Assembly: GCA_003614675.1 (NCBI GenBank)
Contig: ML002403.1
Span: forward strand, 1-33,645
Source: Dimargaris cristalligena
Lineage: Eukaryota
DNA length: 33,645 bases
Reading direction: 5' to 3'
The notes beneath the pieces are model-generated. The model made no database searches, had not been told where the DNA came from, and worked only from the letters and a program-made list of their open reading frames with translations. This document shows positions 21,038 to 32,845 of this stretch, piece after piece. Positions within the stretch are counted from its first letter, which is position 1. Each line of letters begins with the position of its first letter. A program made the position numbers and the translations under genes.

Positions 21038-22270
21038 ATGTCCGCTTCCATCAAGGGTAAGGTTCTGCTGGCCTATTCCGGTGGTCTCGATACCTCCTGT
21101 ATTCTGGCCTGGCTTCTGGAGGAGGGCTACGAGGTGCTCGCCTACATGGCTGACGTTGGTCAGGAGGAGGACTTTGTGGAGGCCAAGCAGAAGGCCCTCA
21201 AGATCGGCGCCTCCAAGGTCTTCATTGAGGACCTGCGCCGTGAATTCGTGGAGGAGCTCATTTACCCCGCCGTGCAGACCAACGCCATTTACGAAGGGGT
21301 GTACCTGCTCGGCACCTCCCTGGCCCGCCCCGTGATTGGCCGTCGCCAGATCCAACTGGCCCAGCAGGAGGGCTGCACCCACGTCTCCCACGGGTGCACC
21401 GGTAAGGGTAACGACCAGGTGCGCTTCGAACTGGCCTACTACGCCCTGGAGCCCAAGATCCAGGTCATTGCCCCCTGGCGCGTACCCGAGTTCTTCAACC
21501 GCTTCCAAGGCCGTAACGATCTGCTGGCCTACGCCGCCGAAAAGGGCATCCCCGTCGTGCAGACCCTGGCCAAGCCGTGGTCCACCGACGAGAACCTGTT
21601 CCACATTTCCTACGAAGCCGGTATCCTGGAGGACCCCAACGTCACTCCCCCCAAGGACATGTGGAAGCTGACCGTTGACCCCGAGGAGGCCCCCAACACT
21701 CCCGAGCGTATCCACATTACTTTCGCCGAGGGCCGGCCCGTCAAGGTGGTCAACCAGAACGACGGTACCAAGGTGACTGATCCCCTGGACCTGTTCATTT
21801 ACCTCAACACCCTGGCCCGCCGCAACGGTGTGGGTCGCATTGATATCGTGGAAAACCGCTTCATTGGCATCAAAAGCCGCGGCTGCTACGAAACCCCCGG
21901 CGGTACTATTCTGCGCGTCGCCCACATGGATCTGGAGGGTCTGGTCCTCGACCGCGAGGTGCGTCTCTACCGCGACGAGCACGTGACCCCCGCCTTCTCC
22001 CGTCTGCTCTACAACGGACTCTACTTCTCCCCCGAGGGGGCATTTATCACCTCCACCATTGCGGCCTCCCAGAAGAACGTCAACGGTGTGGTGCGCCTGA
22101 AGCTCTACAAGGGTATGGTGATTGTCGAAGGCCGGTTCAGCGAAACCGAGAAGCTGTATGACATGGAAGAGAGCAGCATGGACGTCCATGGCGGCTTCAG
22201 TCCCCAGGACTCGGAAGGCTTCATCAAGATTCAGAGCATCCGGTTGAAGAAGTGGGGCGGCAAGTTCTAG
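21038..22270 (+). CDS. ARG1: Argininosuccinate synthase (410 aa, intronless)
   Basis: LAYSGGLDTS, YLLGTSLARP, HGCTGKGNDQVRFE, ENRFIGIKSRGCYETPG. Confidence 0.99.
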   Translation: MSASIKGKVLLAYSGGLDTSCILAWLLEEGYEVLAYMADVGQEEDFVEAKQKALKIGASKVFIEDLRREFVEELIYPAVQTNAIYEGVYLLGTSLARPVIGRRQIQLAQQEGCTHVSHGCTGKGNDQVRFELAYYALEPKIQVIAPWRVPEFFNRFQGRNDLLAYAAEKGIPVVQTLAKPWSTDENLFHISYEAGILEDPNVTPPKDMWKLTVDPEEAPNTPERIHITFAEGRPVKVVNQNDGTKVTDPLDLFIYLNTLARRNGVGRIDIVENRFIGIKSRGCYETPGGTILRVAHMDLEGLVLDREVRLYRDEHVTPAFSRLLYNGLYFSPEGAFITSTIAASQKNVNGVVRLKLYKGMVIVEGRFSETEKLYDMEESSMDVHGGFSPQDSEGFIKIQSIRLKKWGGKF

Positions 22271-22650
22271 ATGTAGAGCAGTTTCTTCATTTGTTTTTAT
22301 TTGTTTCATGTAATCCCGGGGGGTGTTTAGTAATGAAGTGGTATGGCCCCCGCCATCCTCACTCCAATGAGAGAGGAGCAGCGCCCTGAAATCAAGACGC
22401 GCATATATCGACAGTCAGCATTACAATAAGCGCCGTTTTATAAATCTATTTAGCCGACGCACAGCTGTATGTTTAAGAGGGTTGGTATTATTGATTAAAG
22501 AATGGTTTACTGTAGACGGATCAAGGTAGGTTGGTAGATATGGTATGGGGGACGGGACAGGTCAGAGAAGGACATGTATATTAGATTATATTCATGTAAA
22601 CGTAAGTAGATGGAGGGATGAGCGGTGGTGGTAGTAAATGGGGGGAGCAC

Positions 22651-22674
22651 GACTGACTGACTGACTGACTGACT
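22651..22674. repeat. (GACT)6 microsatellite between the convergent ARG1 and UBL3 3' ends
   Basis: Read directly from the sequence. Confidence 0.9.
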
Positions 22675-22805
22675 AGACTAGTCAGGTAGATTAGCGCAAA
22701 ATACAAAAGCAGCGACTAATTATAATTAAGGGGAGTACGGAGATGATCGTGAGGGTGAATGGAATCATCAGGCGGAATGGTTTAAGTAAACGGGAAAAGA
22801 ACTAA

Positions 22806-23621
22806 TTAGAAAATGGTACAGTGGCACTTGGGGACTTGTTCAGGGTCGCGCTTATCCACTAGAGGGGGGTATATGTATAGGCGTAAATATAGATTTAGAC
22901 AGAGGGTTAGCTTGGCAGAATGGTTAGTGTTAGGGTATGTAGGGCATGGAAGCGAACGGGCCACCACCTAATTACAGTCCAATAAAAGGGAGGGTGGCTG
23001 CTTACCGGGTACGTCGGGGTCCTCCACCATTTTGATGGTGAGATGCACAATGGTGGGTTTCCGGGCGGGTAGCAGTTGATAATCGGCCAGGCCCCGCGGG
23101 TCCTCGAGAACCTTGCCCAGGTACAGTAGCCGCAGGAACCCCGGGGAGTCGGGCTTATCGGACTCCCATTCTATATATATATATATATATATAGGTAGAA
23201 TGTAAATATGGGGAGGGGTGAGTGATGCTTGGTAATAGAATAATCTATGCCATTTTCCCTAGGCCCTAGAAATGCTTGCATATAAAATGTGAGTTTATAT
23301 CTATCTATCTATTTACGGTGGAGTGATGCCTGGGGTGGGGGTATGAATCCACCACCAGGCCCTCCTGTTTTCCTCTAATTAACCACCCAACCCCCATATG
23401 GTGTGGGCGAGTTGGGGTTAAAGGGCTCTATTACCTTTGGGCCATTCCTGGTAAATTTGCTGCTTGGTTTGGCGAATCGTGGCGCCGGCGGGAAAGCGGA
23501 ATGTGTGCCGTTTGCCGGAGATGAGGAGGCAGGTTAGGGCAACGGTCTCGGACGACGGCGGGGGGGCGGTTGAAGCCGGAGGGCTGGAAGGGGAGGAAGG
23601 GTCAGCCGGCGCCGTCGCCAT
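22806..23621 (-). CDS. UBL3: UBL3/MUB-like membrane-anchored ubiquitin-fold protein (134 aa) with CaaX end; exons 23621-23435, 23170-23006, 22858-22806
   Basis: LLISGKRHTFRF, IYQEWPKEW, LRLLYLGKVLED, PTIVHL and terminal CHCTIF. The three exons join in frame (405 nt). Confidence 0.88.
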
Positions 23622-24655
23622 GGCTTAATGGGTTCGAGTGAGGGAGGAGAAAGGGGGGTAAACGTTGGGGTGTAGTGGGCAGCGAGAGAGAGAGATAAAG
23701 AAGGGGGAGGGCAATGCGAAACGGGCGAACAGCGCGGCCAAGGGCGGGACTACCGGTGGTGGTGCATGGGGGGGGTGCGGGGAGGGAATTACAGCGACAG
23801 TGGACTGGGCGTGGGGGAGGGGAGGGAAAGGAGAAGAAGGGAAAGGGAAAGAAAGTCTAGTAGTGGGGCCTTGTGGATAGAATAGAGAGGAAACCATACA
23901 TACAACACCCAACCCATACACAGCCTTTTGTTGGGAGGAGGACCAGTCAGTAATATAGAGTGTAGTGAGAAGAAGAGAGTTGGTGGAAAAAAGGCGAATA
24001 GGAGGAATAGTATAGCATAGTGAATGAATGGGCGACAGAATCCCTCCTATTATTCTACTCTATTAACATTGTCTCTCTCTCTCTCTCTCTCATTCACACC
24101 CCCGGAGCTAATAGGAGACGAGCGAGAGAGGGGGTTGTGGTTGGTATAAAATAAATGGGGCGGAGGCAGTATAGTAGAAGTAGTAGGTGTAAGTAGTTAA
24201 AGGGGGGAAATGTCTCTAATAGTGCCAGCAGAGAATTACGCGATGCGGCATGGTTTGGTGAAGCCTCTCCTCTAGTAGTAGTATACTAATAGCCTTCTAA
24301 TCCCCAGTATCGTATAAAAGAAGCCTGGCTTTTCCATTCGTATTTTTTTACGTACAGGACCGGGGGATTCGGCGGTAGAAGTGGGCTGGGCTGGGCTGAT
24401 TCAGGTGAACCCGCTAAGTCTGGGATGCTGATACTCTACTATCAGTGCCGCATTGATCCACCAACTACAGCTAACCACTCCTTCATAACCCTAAAATCTA
24501 TGGAACCCTAAAATCCTATTGCACCTTTGTATGGGCCACCTAAGCCCTCTCCTGATATAATAAAATAAGAAATGTAATGAAACCATTTGAGTCCCGAGAG
24601 TTAATAGGAGGGGGCGGGGATTTATAAGAAAGGGTGATATCGTACAGGCGGGGGA

Positions 24656-25253
24656 TTAGAATAGGCGGGTCTTTTGCATGATCATAAAAAAGTCATTGAG
24701 GTCCACCAGACCGTCGCCGTCCCGGTCCGCCATATCGATCATTTCCTGTAGTTCGGCCTGCGGGATGGTCTCGTCCAAATCGACGGCCACTCGCTGCAGG
24801 TCATCAATGCTGATTTTACCCGTCCCTGACCGATCAAAGAGCTTGAATATCTTGGCGACTTCGTGCCGGGAATCCTTGGTCGCCATGACGGGTTGCAGCA
24901 CCGTTAGGTATTGTCGGTAATGGATCTTCCCCTCCCTCTTGGGGTCCAGCTCGGCTGCGAGTTTGCGAACATTGGCAGGATCGGTCGGGAGTTCCAAGGC
25001 CTGCAGGAGGAACCGGAGGTTCGTGGTATTGGCCCAGCTCTGTTGGTTTGGATCAAAGGCGAGGAAGGCGCTCCTCAGCTGGGTTTCGTACACTAAAAGG
25101 CGGTGGACAATGTGAGAGACCGATAGATAGAGAGTGAGCCCAGGGAAACAGAGTGCAGTTAAAGGCAGCAGTGTCTAGTAGACGACGGGACTACTTACGG
25201 TTTTGGAGGCGGCTTGTGGGCTGCGACGGTGACGGGTGGGAATGGTCGCGCAT
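24656..25253 (-). CDS. Divergent centrin-like EF-hand protein (163 aa); exons 25253-25199, 25092-24656
   Basis: C-lobe FKLFDRSGTGKISIDDLQRVAVDLDE...ELQEMIDMADRDGDGLV...IMQKTRLF is centrin-like. The N-lobe EF loops are degenerate. Confidence 0.85.
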
Positions 25254-25812
25254 GGTATAGGTAGGTAGGTGTACTGGAGGGGTTAGAGTTATTAGAGGGT
25301 TTAGGAATTGTCGAAGGCTAGGGATGGGCTAATGCGGGTTACGGACGGCCAAACGGGCAAGATGGAGAAGGGGTTTGAATGCGTGTGTGCCTGGAAGAGG
25401 AGATACTTAGAGTTATTAGGTTAGGGTTGGCAAATGGGGACGCCCAGCCGAATTCATCATCCATCGGCTGGCGGGGTGAAATCTAACGCCCACCAAGTAC
25501 CATCCACCGCATTTAGGGAATAGGGTGCGAAGGGCATACAGGGAGGGGGGGAGTTCAGCCAGCAGCGTCTGCCCAGTTTTTTGTCCCCAACCTTCCCTCT
25601 CAAATATATGGAATGGCCCTTTCCCGCCCTATTAGCAATTGTGTGAGTAAGAGAGAGAGAGAGAGTAACCTTTCTTTAAACCTTTTCCATTCATCCTTTT
25701 TAGACTCGATTTCTCCTCCTCCTCTTCCAGTCCGTTGATTCTAGACTAGAACCCGTCGCCTGCAACGCCCTATTGAACCCTATCTAAAATAACCAACTCT
25801 AGCTAACACGCC

Positions 25813-26433
25813 ATGTCGTCCACTAAACCCGCCACTGCCGTACCGAGTGAACGCGTGCTCGATGATAAGGTAGGCGAAGTGTGCGTGTGTGTAGTCGTCG
25901 TCCCGTCTTTGTACTCTTCCGGCCCTCCGCAAGTGGCTTTGACTAACTCACCCTAAATCCTTCCTTATATGCACCATCGTCTCTATGCGCATACGGCCGA
26001 CCCTGGTCCTCTTTCGGCCGTTGATTCATGTCCATGAACGCATACCACCGGCCGAATTCCCCCTCGCCAATTTCAGTGGGACCAATGCGTGGCCGATCTG
26101 CTCGTCAAGGCTGGCATCGGCTTCTCCGCCGGTGTCGTTGGTTCCGTTCTGCTCTTCCGCCGTAAGTTTGCTGCTATCCTCTCTTCCAGGTCACTCACTA
26201 CCATGCACTCAGCCCTATTTTATTATTCTACCCCCTCTGCCTCTATATAATCGAGCCATTAACTCACTCTCTCCCGCCTGGTCTACTTTTACCGATGCAT
26301 ATGTTTGGTATATCCAGGCCGTACTTGGCCTGTGTGGGCCGGAACGGGCTTCGGTATCGGCCATGCCTACAGCGAGTGCCAGCGCCAATTCCACCCGTCG
26401 GTGGCCTTCCCCCCTCGGTCATCTCCCCAGTAA
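25813..26433 (+). CDS. MIC10: MICOS complex subunit Mic10 (85 aa); exons 25813-25869, 26077-26161, 26318-26433
   Basis: Spliced product SERVLDDKWDQCVADLLVKAGIGFSAGVVGSVLLFRRRTWPVWAGTGFGIGHAYSECQRQF carries the Mic10 GxGxxxG, RRR and GxGxGxG motifs. Confidence 0.95.
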
Positions 26434-26873
26434 AAGCATGCCCTTGTGGTTGACGTGAGGACCAACTAGCCCCTGTTTTATCCACTTTTAATTTGATATA
26501 TATAGAGTTATCGTATTCCCTCGGGGGCGCTGATCTCCTCTCCTAAATAAAACCCTTCTTTTGCCATTATCGCTGGCGGCATTTAAATCCCCCCGCCACT
26601 GGGCCAGGCGAGACCCGGCCGCAGTGGGGTGTCCCCTAGATCGTTTTCACACGCGCCGGACAGGGGCCACTGTTAGTGACATTTGATTATTCAACTCAGG
26701 GTGTCTGGAGATATAGGCGGATTATTACCAAGCCAATGGGGCCAATTTAGCCCCTTCCCGGCATAAAAGGGCCCACCCCGCCCAGTCGCTCTAGCTAAGA
26801 TTAGTCAATATCCCTCTAACTCCCCTTTCTAGTTATAACAATCAATCCCGGTTTCTTCTGTTCTAACCCTAAT

Positions 26874-27650
26874 ATGTCCGCCGCCACTCCGCTCCAGTTT
26901 TGGTTCGAGTTTAATAGTACCTACTCGTACCTGGTCGCCGTGTACTTGTCCCGCACCCTATCGGGCCAGACCGGCCCCGGGACGCTGACCCTCCGCCAGC
27001 CCCTGCGAGTCTCCTTCAAACCTTTACGTTTCGGACCCGTCTTCCAGAAGTTCGGCGGCCAGGCCACCGGCCCCATCTTGTCCAATCCCGCCAAGGCCGC
27101 CTACATGTTCCGTGACCTAAAGCGCGAAGCCTCCTACGCCGCGATTCCCTTCCGGGGCTACCCCGCTCACCCCCAGCCCGGCCCAGTCAACACGGGGCCG
27201 GTGACCCAGGCCACTGCCCTGCTCGTCGACTGCCTGGAGCCTCAGGGCAATTCCCAGCGGCTGCTGGCCCACTGGGTGGCCTCCGTCTACCACGCCTTCT
27301 TCGCCGACCAGAAGGATATCAGCCAGCCCGAGGTGGTGCGGGCCCTGCTCGAGGCCTTTGTGCCCCCCGCCGCCCCCCTGCTGCAGACCAGTGTCTACCT
27401 GGCTCGACTGGCCCCCCAGGCCGCCACTACCCCGGTGTCTGCCCTCCCGGCCCTGATTTACCAACTGGCCGTGGACCACCCGGAGGTCCGGGCGCGGGTC
27501 CGGGCCAATACCGAAGAAGCCATTACCCGGCAGATGTTCGGTGCCCCGTTTTTGGCTACCGCCGACGGCGAACTATTCTGGGGCCACGACCGTTTGCAAC
27601 GGGCCGTCCAGTGGGGCGAGGACCATCCGGTGAAGACCGCTAACCTCTGA
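26874..27650 (+). CDS. DsbA-like thioredoxin-fold protein of the HCCA isomerase/GST-kappa family (258 aa, intronless)
   Basis: FWFEFNSTYSYL, KAAYMFRDLKR, RANTEEA, FGAPF..ADGELFWGHDRL. C-terminal -ANL resembles PTS1. Confidence 0.9.
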   Translation: MSAATPLQFWFEFNSTYSYLVAVYLSRTLSGQTGPGTLTLRQPLRVSFKPLRFGPVFQKFGGQATGPILSNPAKAAYMFRDLKREASYAAIPFRGYPAHPQPGPVNTGPVTQATALLVDCLEPQGNSQRLLAHWVASVYHAFFADQKDISQPEVVRALLEAFVPPAAPLLQTSVYLARLAPQAATTPVSALPALIYQLAVDHPEVRARVRANTEEAITRQMFGAPFLATADGELFWGHDRLQRAVQWGEDHPVKTANL

Positions 27651-27978
27651 TTCCAGCGGCAGCGGGCCAACGGGGGCTCCTACACTAGCTAACGCGAGTA
27701 GACTGGGGTGGATATAGTCGGTGGGTTTTTTTATTAAAGCAACGTGGGGTTGGAGTAGGTTTAGTATTAATGAATGGGGTAGTCGGCCAGGGGGCTCCCC
27801 CCCTCCCCTCTCTGCCTTTCCCCTAGGCAAGTGAAGAACGTGTGATGGAAAAAGGCAACTAATTAAATCAAATAAAAAAATCAAACGTGAATTATGAGTA
27901 CAAGTGAAGCGGGGATTAAGAGACGGGAGGGAGGGGAGGAAAGTGGTGGGCTATTCAATACTACACCGGGGTAGGGCA

Positions 27979-29079
27979 CTAGGGGTTGCCACTCCCTACG
28001 CAGCGGTCCCAGCCCGGGAAGCCGCAGGCCATGGACACGGTCATGTAAACCATAAACAGAATGGCCAGCACCAGCATCGCCATTAGTTTGGTGTTCTTCC
28101 ACCACATGGACCGCTTGAGGGCGGTGCTGCGCTTGCGGAAGGCAAAGGCCGCGTTGCTCAGGTGGTCGGTCTTGTCGACCAGGATATCGATGCGTTCGCC
28201 GCGTTCCAAGACGCGCTCAATGTTTTGTACCATGACGTCCTTCACCTGGGCGATTTCGCCCTGGACCTGGCGGATGCTGTCCACTTGGGTGTTTTTGGAA
28301 AAGTGTTCCATTTGGCGGGCAATGGTGCGCGAAAACTCGTTCATGCCGTAGGCCAGGGCCGACTCGATTTGGTGGGGGGAGTATTGGTCCAGGAACTGGT
28401 GCTTAATTTCCTCCAGAAAGGCAAACGGGATACGGCGGCCTAGTAGAGCACGGTGGCGGTTGGAATGGATCACGGGAAATGGCAGCCGGTGTGAGTAGAG
28501 TGGTTCAGGGGGAGAACATGAAGGGAAAAGGGGCGTGGGCGGGTTCGGCCTAGTTTCGGAATTAATCATGACTTACCGAATTGGTCGTCGGCCATGCACA
28601 TGTACACGATGCCATCCTGGCAGATGTAGTGGAAGAGGTATCTGGGCGGCGGGAAAGGGGGCGGGAGTCCGTAGGATAATGGGTATGACTAATTTAATTA
28701 CGCTTAGAGGGTTGAATGGTGGGGGGACGGGGAATCCCTGGCCGGACACAACCGCCCGGGGGAGCTATAGCCCACCGACGGAAGAATAGCGGCGGGGAAT
28801 TTACCTGTCGTAGACGTAGGTGAGCTTCGAATTGTTGGGCGGAATCTTCTCCAGAATGGCCTGGGTCACTGGCGGTGCAGACAAGCATACCACGGGCGAA
28901 GGGGATGGGGTTTAGTGTCGGGGCCTTGTAAAAACGGTGGCGAGGGTAGAGGGGCGGCAGCATGCAAACGAGGCAAGGGGAGGGAAAGGCGGCTTACCGG
29001 TGTTGAAGTTGCCCGACTCGGTGGCATGCTCGGCGAGGATAATGGGGCCACGAGCGACAAGGGCGGTGATGATGGCCAT
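27979..29079 (-). CDS. VAMP7: VAMP7-type longin R-SNARE (223 aa); exons 29079-28998, 28868-28805, 28641-28577, 28439-27979
   Basis: Longin domain (ALVARGPIILAEH, KLTYVYDRYLFHYI, RRIPFAFL), synaptobrevin coil (VKDVMVQNIERVLERGERIDILVDKT), WWKN and a TM helix. The four exons join in frame. Confidence 0.96.
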
Positions 29080-29808
29080 GGCGAGCAGGTGAGTTAAGGT
29101 TAGATAGAGGGTGTGGACTGGATAACGAAGCGGGGAGAAACGATAAGAAAGCGGGAGGATTGACCAAAGTAGAAACCAAGCAAAGGTGTGGTGGTGTGTA
29201 TGAGAAAAGAGGAGACCTTCTTTCCTCTCTTGGCTCTATTCTGTAGAGAGAGGTGGGCGTGCTGTATGCGCCGCCATTACTATATTATGCCTTTGCCAAA
29301 TTGCTTCGTCATTATCAGTCGGTTCTAATGTAATCTAGCAATCATGTGACTTGGGACGCTCTCGCTCACCAGACCAGCAGCAGCCCATGTGGTGCGGTGT
29401 ACAGTAAAGTAAGTGTAGTTTAGCGTATCTCACAGCCTAATCCTGCCCTGCCCTTCTTTGCCAACCAACACCACCAATTTGACTCCCGAATAACTGGCAT
29501 CCATAACAATAACAACCCTAACCCGGACGGAGCTTTAGGTGGCCCACCCGACCTGTTGTGCCCTTATCCATATACCTGTGTCTTATTAGTAGTAGTAGTA
29601 TTATTATTTTCATTATTATATTATCATTGTCTTTATTACCCGACTTATTTTTCTCCACCTTTTCACTTTGTATGCCTGCATCCCTCCTCCTCTTCTCCCC
29701 TTTTGTATTCCCTAGCCAACTAACTAACTTAACGTCCTTACCCGTTATTCGCTACTCCGCCGACCACCCGCACCGCCCAACCAAGACTATTAACCCCCAA
29801 CTAGAACC

Positions 29809-30968
29809 ATGTCCGACGATCATCCCGCCTCGTTTCCGTCCAGCGAGGCCGAGGCCGCCTACTGGAAGGAGAAGTACCAAGAAATGCGCAGCCTCGCTCA
29901 CTCCACCGAAATGGACCTGCTCGAATTCCAGGAGCAGTCGTCCGAACTAGAGAAGGAACTGGAGGGCGAGGTGGCCCGCCTCGAAAAAACCTGCCAGGAC
30001 CTCACCTCCCGCAACCAGCGCTACATCATGGAAACCGAGGAGTGGAAAATGAAGTACTACGACGCCAAGAAGGAAATGAACCACTCCCTCTCCACCATGA
30101 CCCGTGAGCTCGAGTTCGTCAAGTCCCAGCAGGAGAAGTACAAGAGCCGCACCCGGGAGCTCGAGCAAGACAACGATGACCTAGAGCGCTTCGAGCGCGC
30201 CGCCCGGACCTCCCTCCGCGACATGGAAACCCGTTACAGCCGCGCCCTGGAGCGCACCGTGGTGCTCGAGGCCGAGCTGGAGGAAAAGAACCAGCTCATG
30301 ATTGACGTCCAGCGGCTCAAGGACGAGCTTAAAGACCTGAACCTGGAGCTGAACCTGCTCCGCAGCCGCCAGCGCAAGGCCACCCAGAACAACAACGCCC
30401 AACCCAAGAACGGGTCGGGCCTGCCCCCCACGCCGCCCCCCGGCAGCTCCGGTACCAAGATTCCCTCGGCCTCCCGGTCCCACCACCCCGACTCCTCGTC
30501 CAGCGTCATTGCCGGCAACGACGGCATGGATAATCCCGTCCAGATGGTCCAGAATATCATGGGCCGGGTCAAGGTACGTCCCTCCTTTATCTCGGTCTTC
30601 CTTGGGTATTGGGCGGTGTGTGCTGTATATGGCCTATTACTATTGTTTGACTAATCCAAACCCGCTGTTTTATAAATTTATTACTTTTATTTGCTATCGT
30701 GCCCCTCTAGAATCTGGAAACCCGCCTCGCCTCGTGTCGGTCACTCGTTACCCCGTTGCTGGCTCCGCCCCACTCGTCTCGCAGCGGTATCCCCTCTCTA
30801 GCTTCGAAATCTTCGCTACCAATGTCGGCATCCGGGGGCCCCATGGCCGCCGCTAACTCCATGTCCCCCCTTACCCGGATGCGCATGGCCCGTGCCCGGT
30901 CGATGCGGGCGGAACTTACCCGTCGGGCCAACGGGCCACCCGGCACAACCGCTCCAACCGGCGATTAA
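29809..30968 (+). CDS. nudE: NudE/NDEL1 dynein regulator (340 aa); exons 29809-30573, 30711-30968
   Basis: FPSSEAEAAYWKEKY, LLEFQEQSSELEKELE, RELEQDNDDLERFER, QRLKDELKDL and C-terminal IMGRVKNLETRLASCRS. Confidence 0.94.
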
Positions 30969-31336
30969 TGTATGTCGCACGGCTCTCCTGTTATTTGAAT
31001 AAATACCCACTTAGTATCCTATTCCCATTCCCGTTGTAGTGGTGGTCAGACCGGTGAGGGGTCAGTTTAAGCCGGTTGTAGTCGGCTCGAAAATGTCAGG
31101 GGATAGTATAGGGTGCTGCCCGTAAAGGGTGCGCGCATCGTCCCCATCACCCCTGACTTGTGCTTAGTAGGGTGTGGCTGATCTCTCTCTCTTTTTTTTT
31201 TCTCAATATGTATGTATACCTTGCTAATGTTTACTTTGGTTCCTTTTTATATATATATATATATCTATATAGGTTTTTATTAGTTGGTCCCGTTGCCCAG
31301 CGCCTCTTTTAATTGTATATCGCTCCGACTCCCAAC

Positions 31337-32845
31337 ATGCCGTCATCCCCCCCGCCGACCGCCGACTCTAATGGGAACCCTTCACCACCCCTGGCCACTT
31401 GCCCCAGCCCCAACTCTAGTTCCGACGACGAGGCCTACGGTCCGCCATTGCCCCCCGACATGACTGCCCAACGGCCGGCCCGGGTAGTGGCGGGTCCTTA
31501 CATGCCGGCCAACCTCGACACCCTGCTGGGCCAGACCACCGCATACGCCGACCCCGAGACTCCCGACGACGGCAGCCCTCTCATTGGCCCCGCGAAGCCC
31601 CGACCTTCGACCAAGGGGCCCGCCCAGGTAGGTCACAAACCCCGCGCCAGCCACGCCCACTCGTCCATTACTCCCCGACCTGGTCCTCTCTGACCCTCCC
31701 ATCTCATTCCACACCCTAACACGCATGCCCAGTATTTGCTTGCCTGTGTTATTCTAGGAGCGTCCCAGCGACGGAGATCCCTGGGAACCGTCCCCCCATT
31801 CGCTACCCCAGGTAAGTCGGCGACCTCAGACCGTTTTGTCGGTCTCCTGCCTCTGACCCGGTTCTTACTGCTTCGTAAACAAACCCGGGTCGGCTTAGCT
31901 AATCCCGCCTTTGCATTCGTATTTATCACCCCCGACTCCCTGGAGTATAGCCCGGTTCAGACGATGACACGCCAGCAACCAACCGGCGAGGCGAATGGAT
32001 GCTAGTTCCCCCCACGTCCAAAATCCCAACTAGTAATTTTAAATCCTCTCTATCGTTTGGCGGACGTCCGATCCCCGCCCGTTGCTATTTGTTGGAATGG
32101 TCCCTCGCACTAAACCCTGCCGCTGACTCGAACAACGAGCCCTAATTGCCTCCCCTTCCTCTAGATCCACTCCAAATTAAGAACCGCCAGTTCCAACAGG
32201 GCCGTGCCGCCTCTACTGAACTAGACCCCACCTGGACACAGATTCTCGGAAAACCATCGGCCACCGGCGACCAGAGGGTAAGCAGTCCGACTATAGCTGT
32301 GCCACAATGGTCAAGGGGTGCGGCCCCACCACCCGCCTCCCTTGGACTGGATTTCAAATTAACGCATTCGAATCTGACCAACTATTCATTTATAGCTATT
32401 GCCGACTCTCTGTCATTAATCTTCCCTCGATACAGTCTAGTCGCCAGGCTCAACTCCGGGGCACCAAACGGCCCACTGATTCGCAGGTGTCCGGACCACA
32501 GTATGGCGAATACAAGGTAGGTGGTTAAAGAGCGTTGCGTAATCCAGAGAGGTCCCCGCTATCCATCCACCAGACTTTTATTACTGTAAACCTTGGTGTC
32601 TAATGATTAATCGTGTCCCCATGTTGTTTATATAGGAGGCTACTCGCACCAAATCTCTAATGGAAGAGCACCGTGAAACTATGGCCCGTGAACAGAGGAA
32701 ATCCAAACACAGCAAGCGCGATCGCTTCGATCGGGACCGTGATATGAAAGTACACCACGTGGACACCGGTCGCCTGGAAAAGTATGTCGAGGATGGCGGT
32801 AGTTCCTTGTTTAAAAATTTCAAACATACCTCCCGCAAGTCCTAG
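31337..32845 (+). CDS. GPALPP1/DUF3752 family protein (276 aa); exons 31337-31627, 31758-31811, 31951-32032, 32165-32277, 32436-32516, 32636-32845
   Basis: GPPLPP/GPxxP repeats, RGEWMLVPP, W-T motif, RTKSLMEEH, RFDRDRDM. Six GT-AG exons join in frame (831 nt). Confidence 0.85.

Noticed and set aside
21002-22309. 435-aa minus-strand ORF antisense to ARG1
   Set aside because: The same antisense shadow effect; it mirrors ARG1 codon for codon.
3621-30968. Apparent functional clustering (Dad3/centrin/NudE for microtubules; PMP22/SCP2/GST-kappa-like for peroxisomes)
   Set aside because: The genes are interspersed with unrelated housekeeping genes and show no shared regulatory signature, which is consistent with chance.
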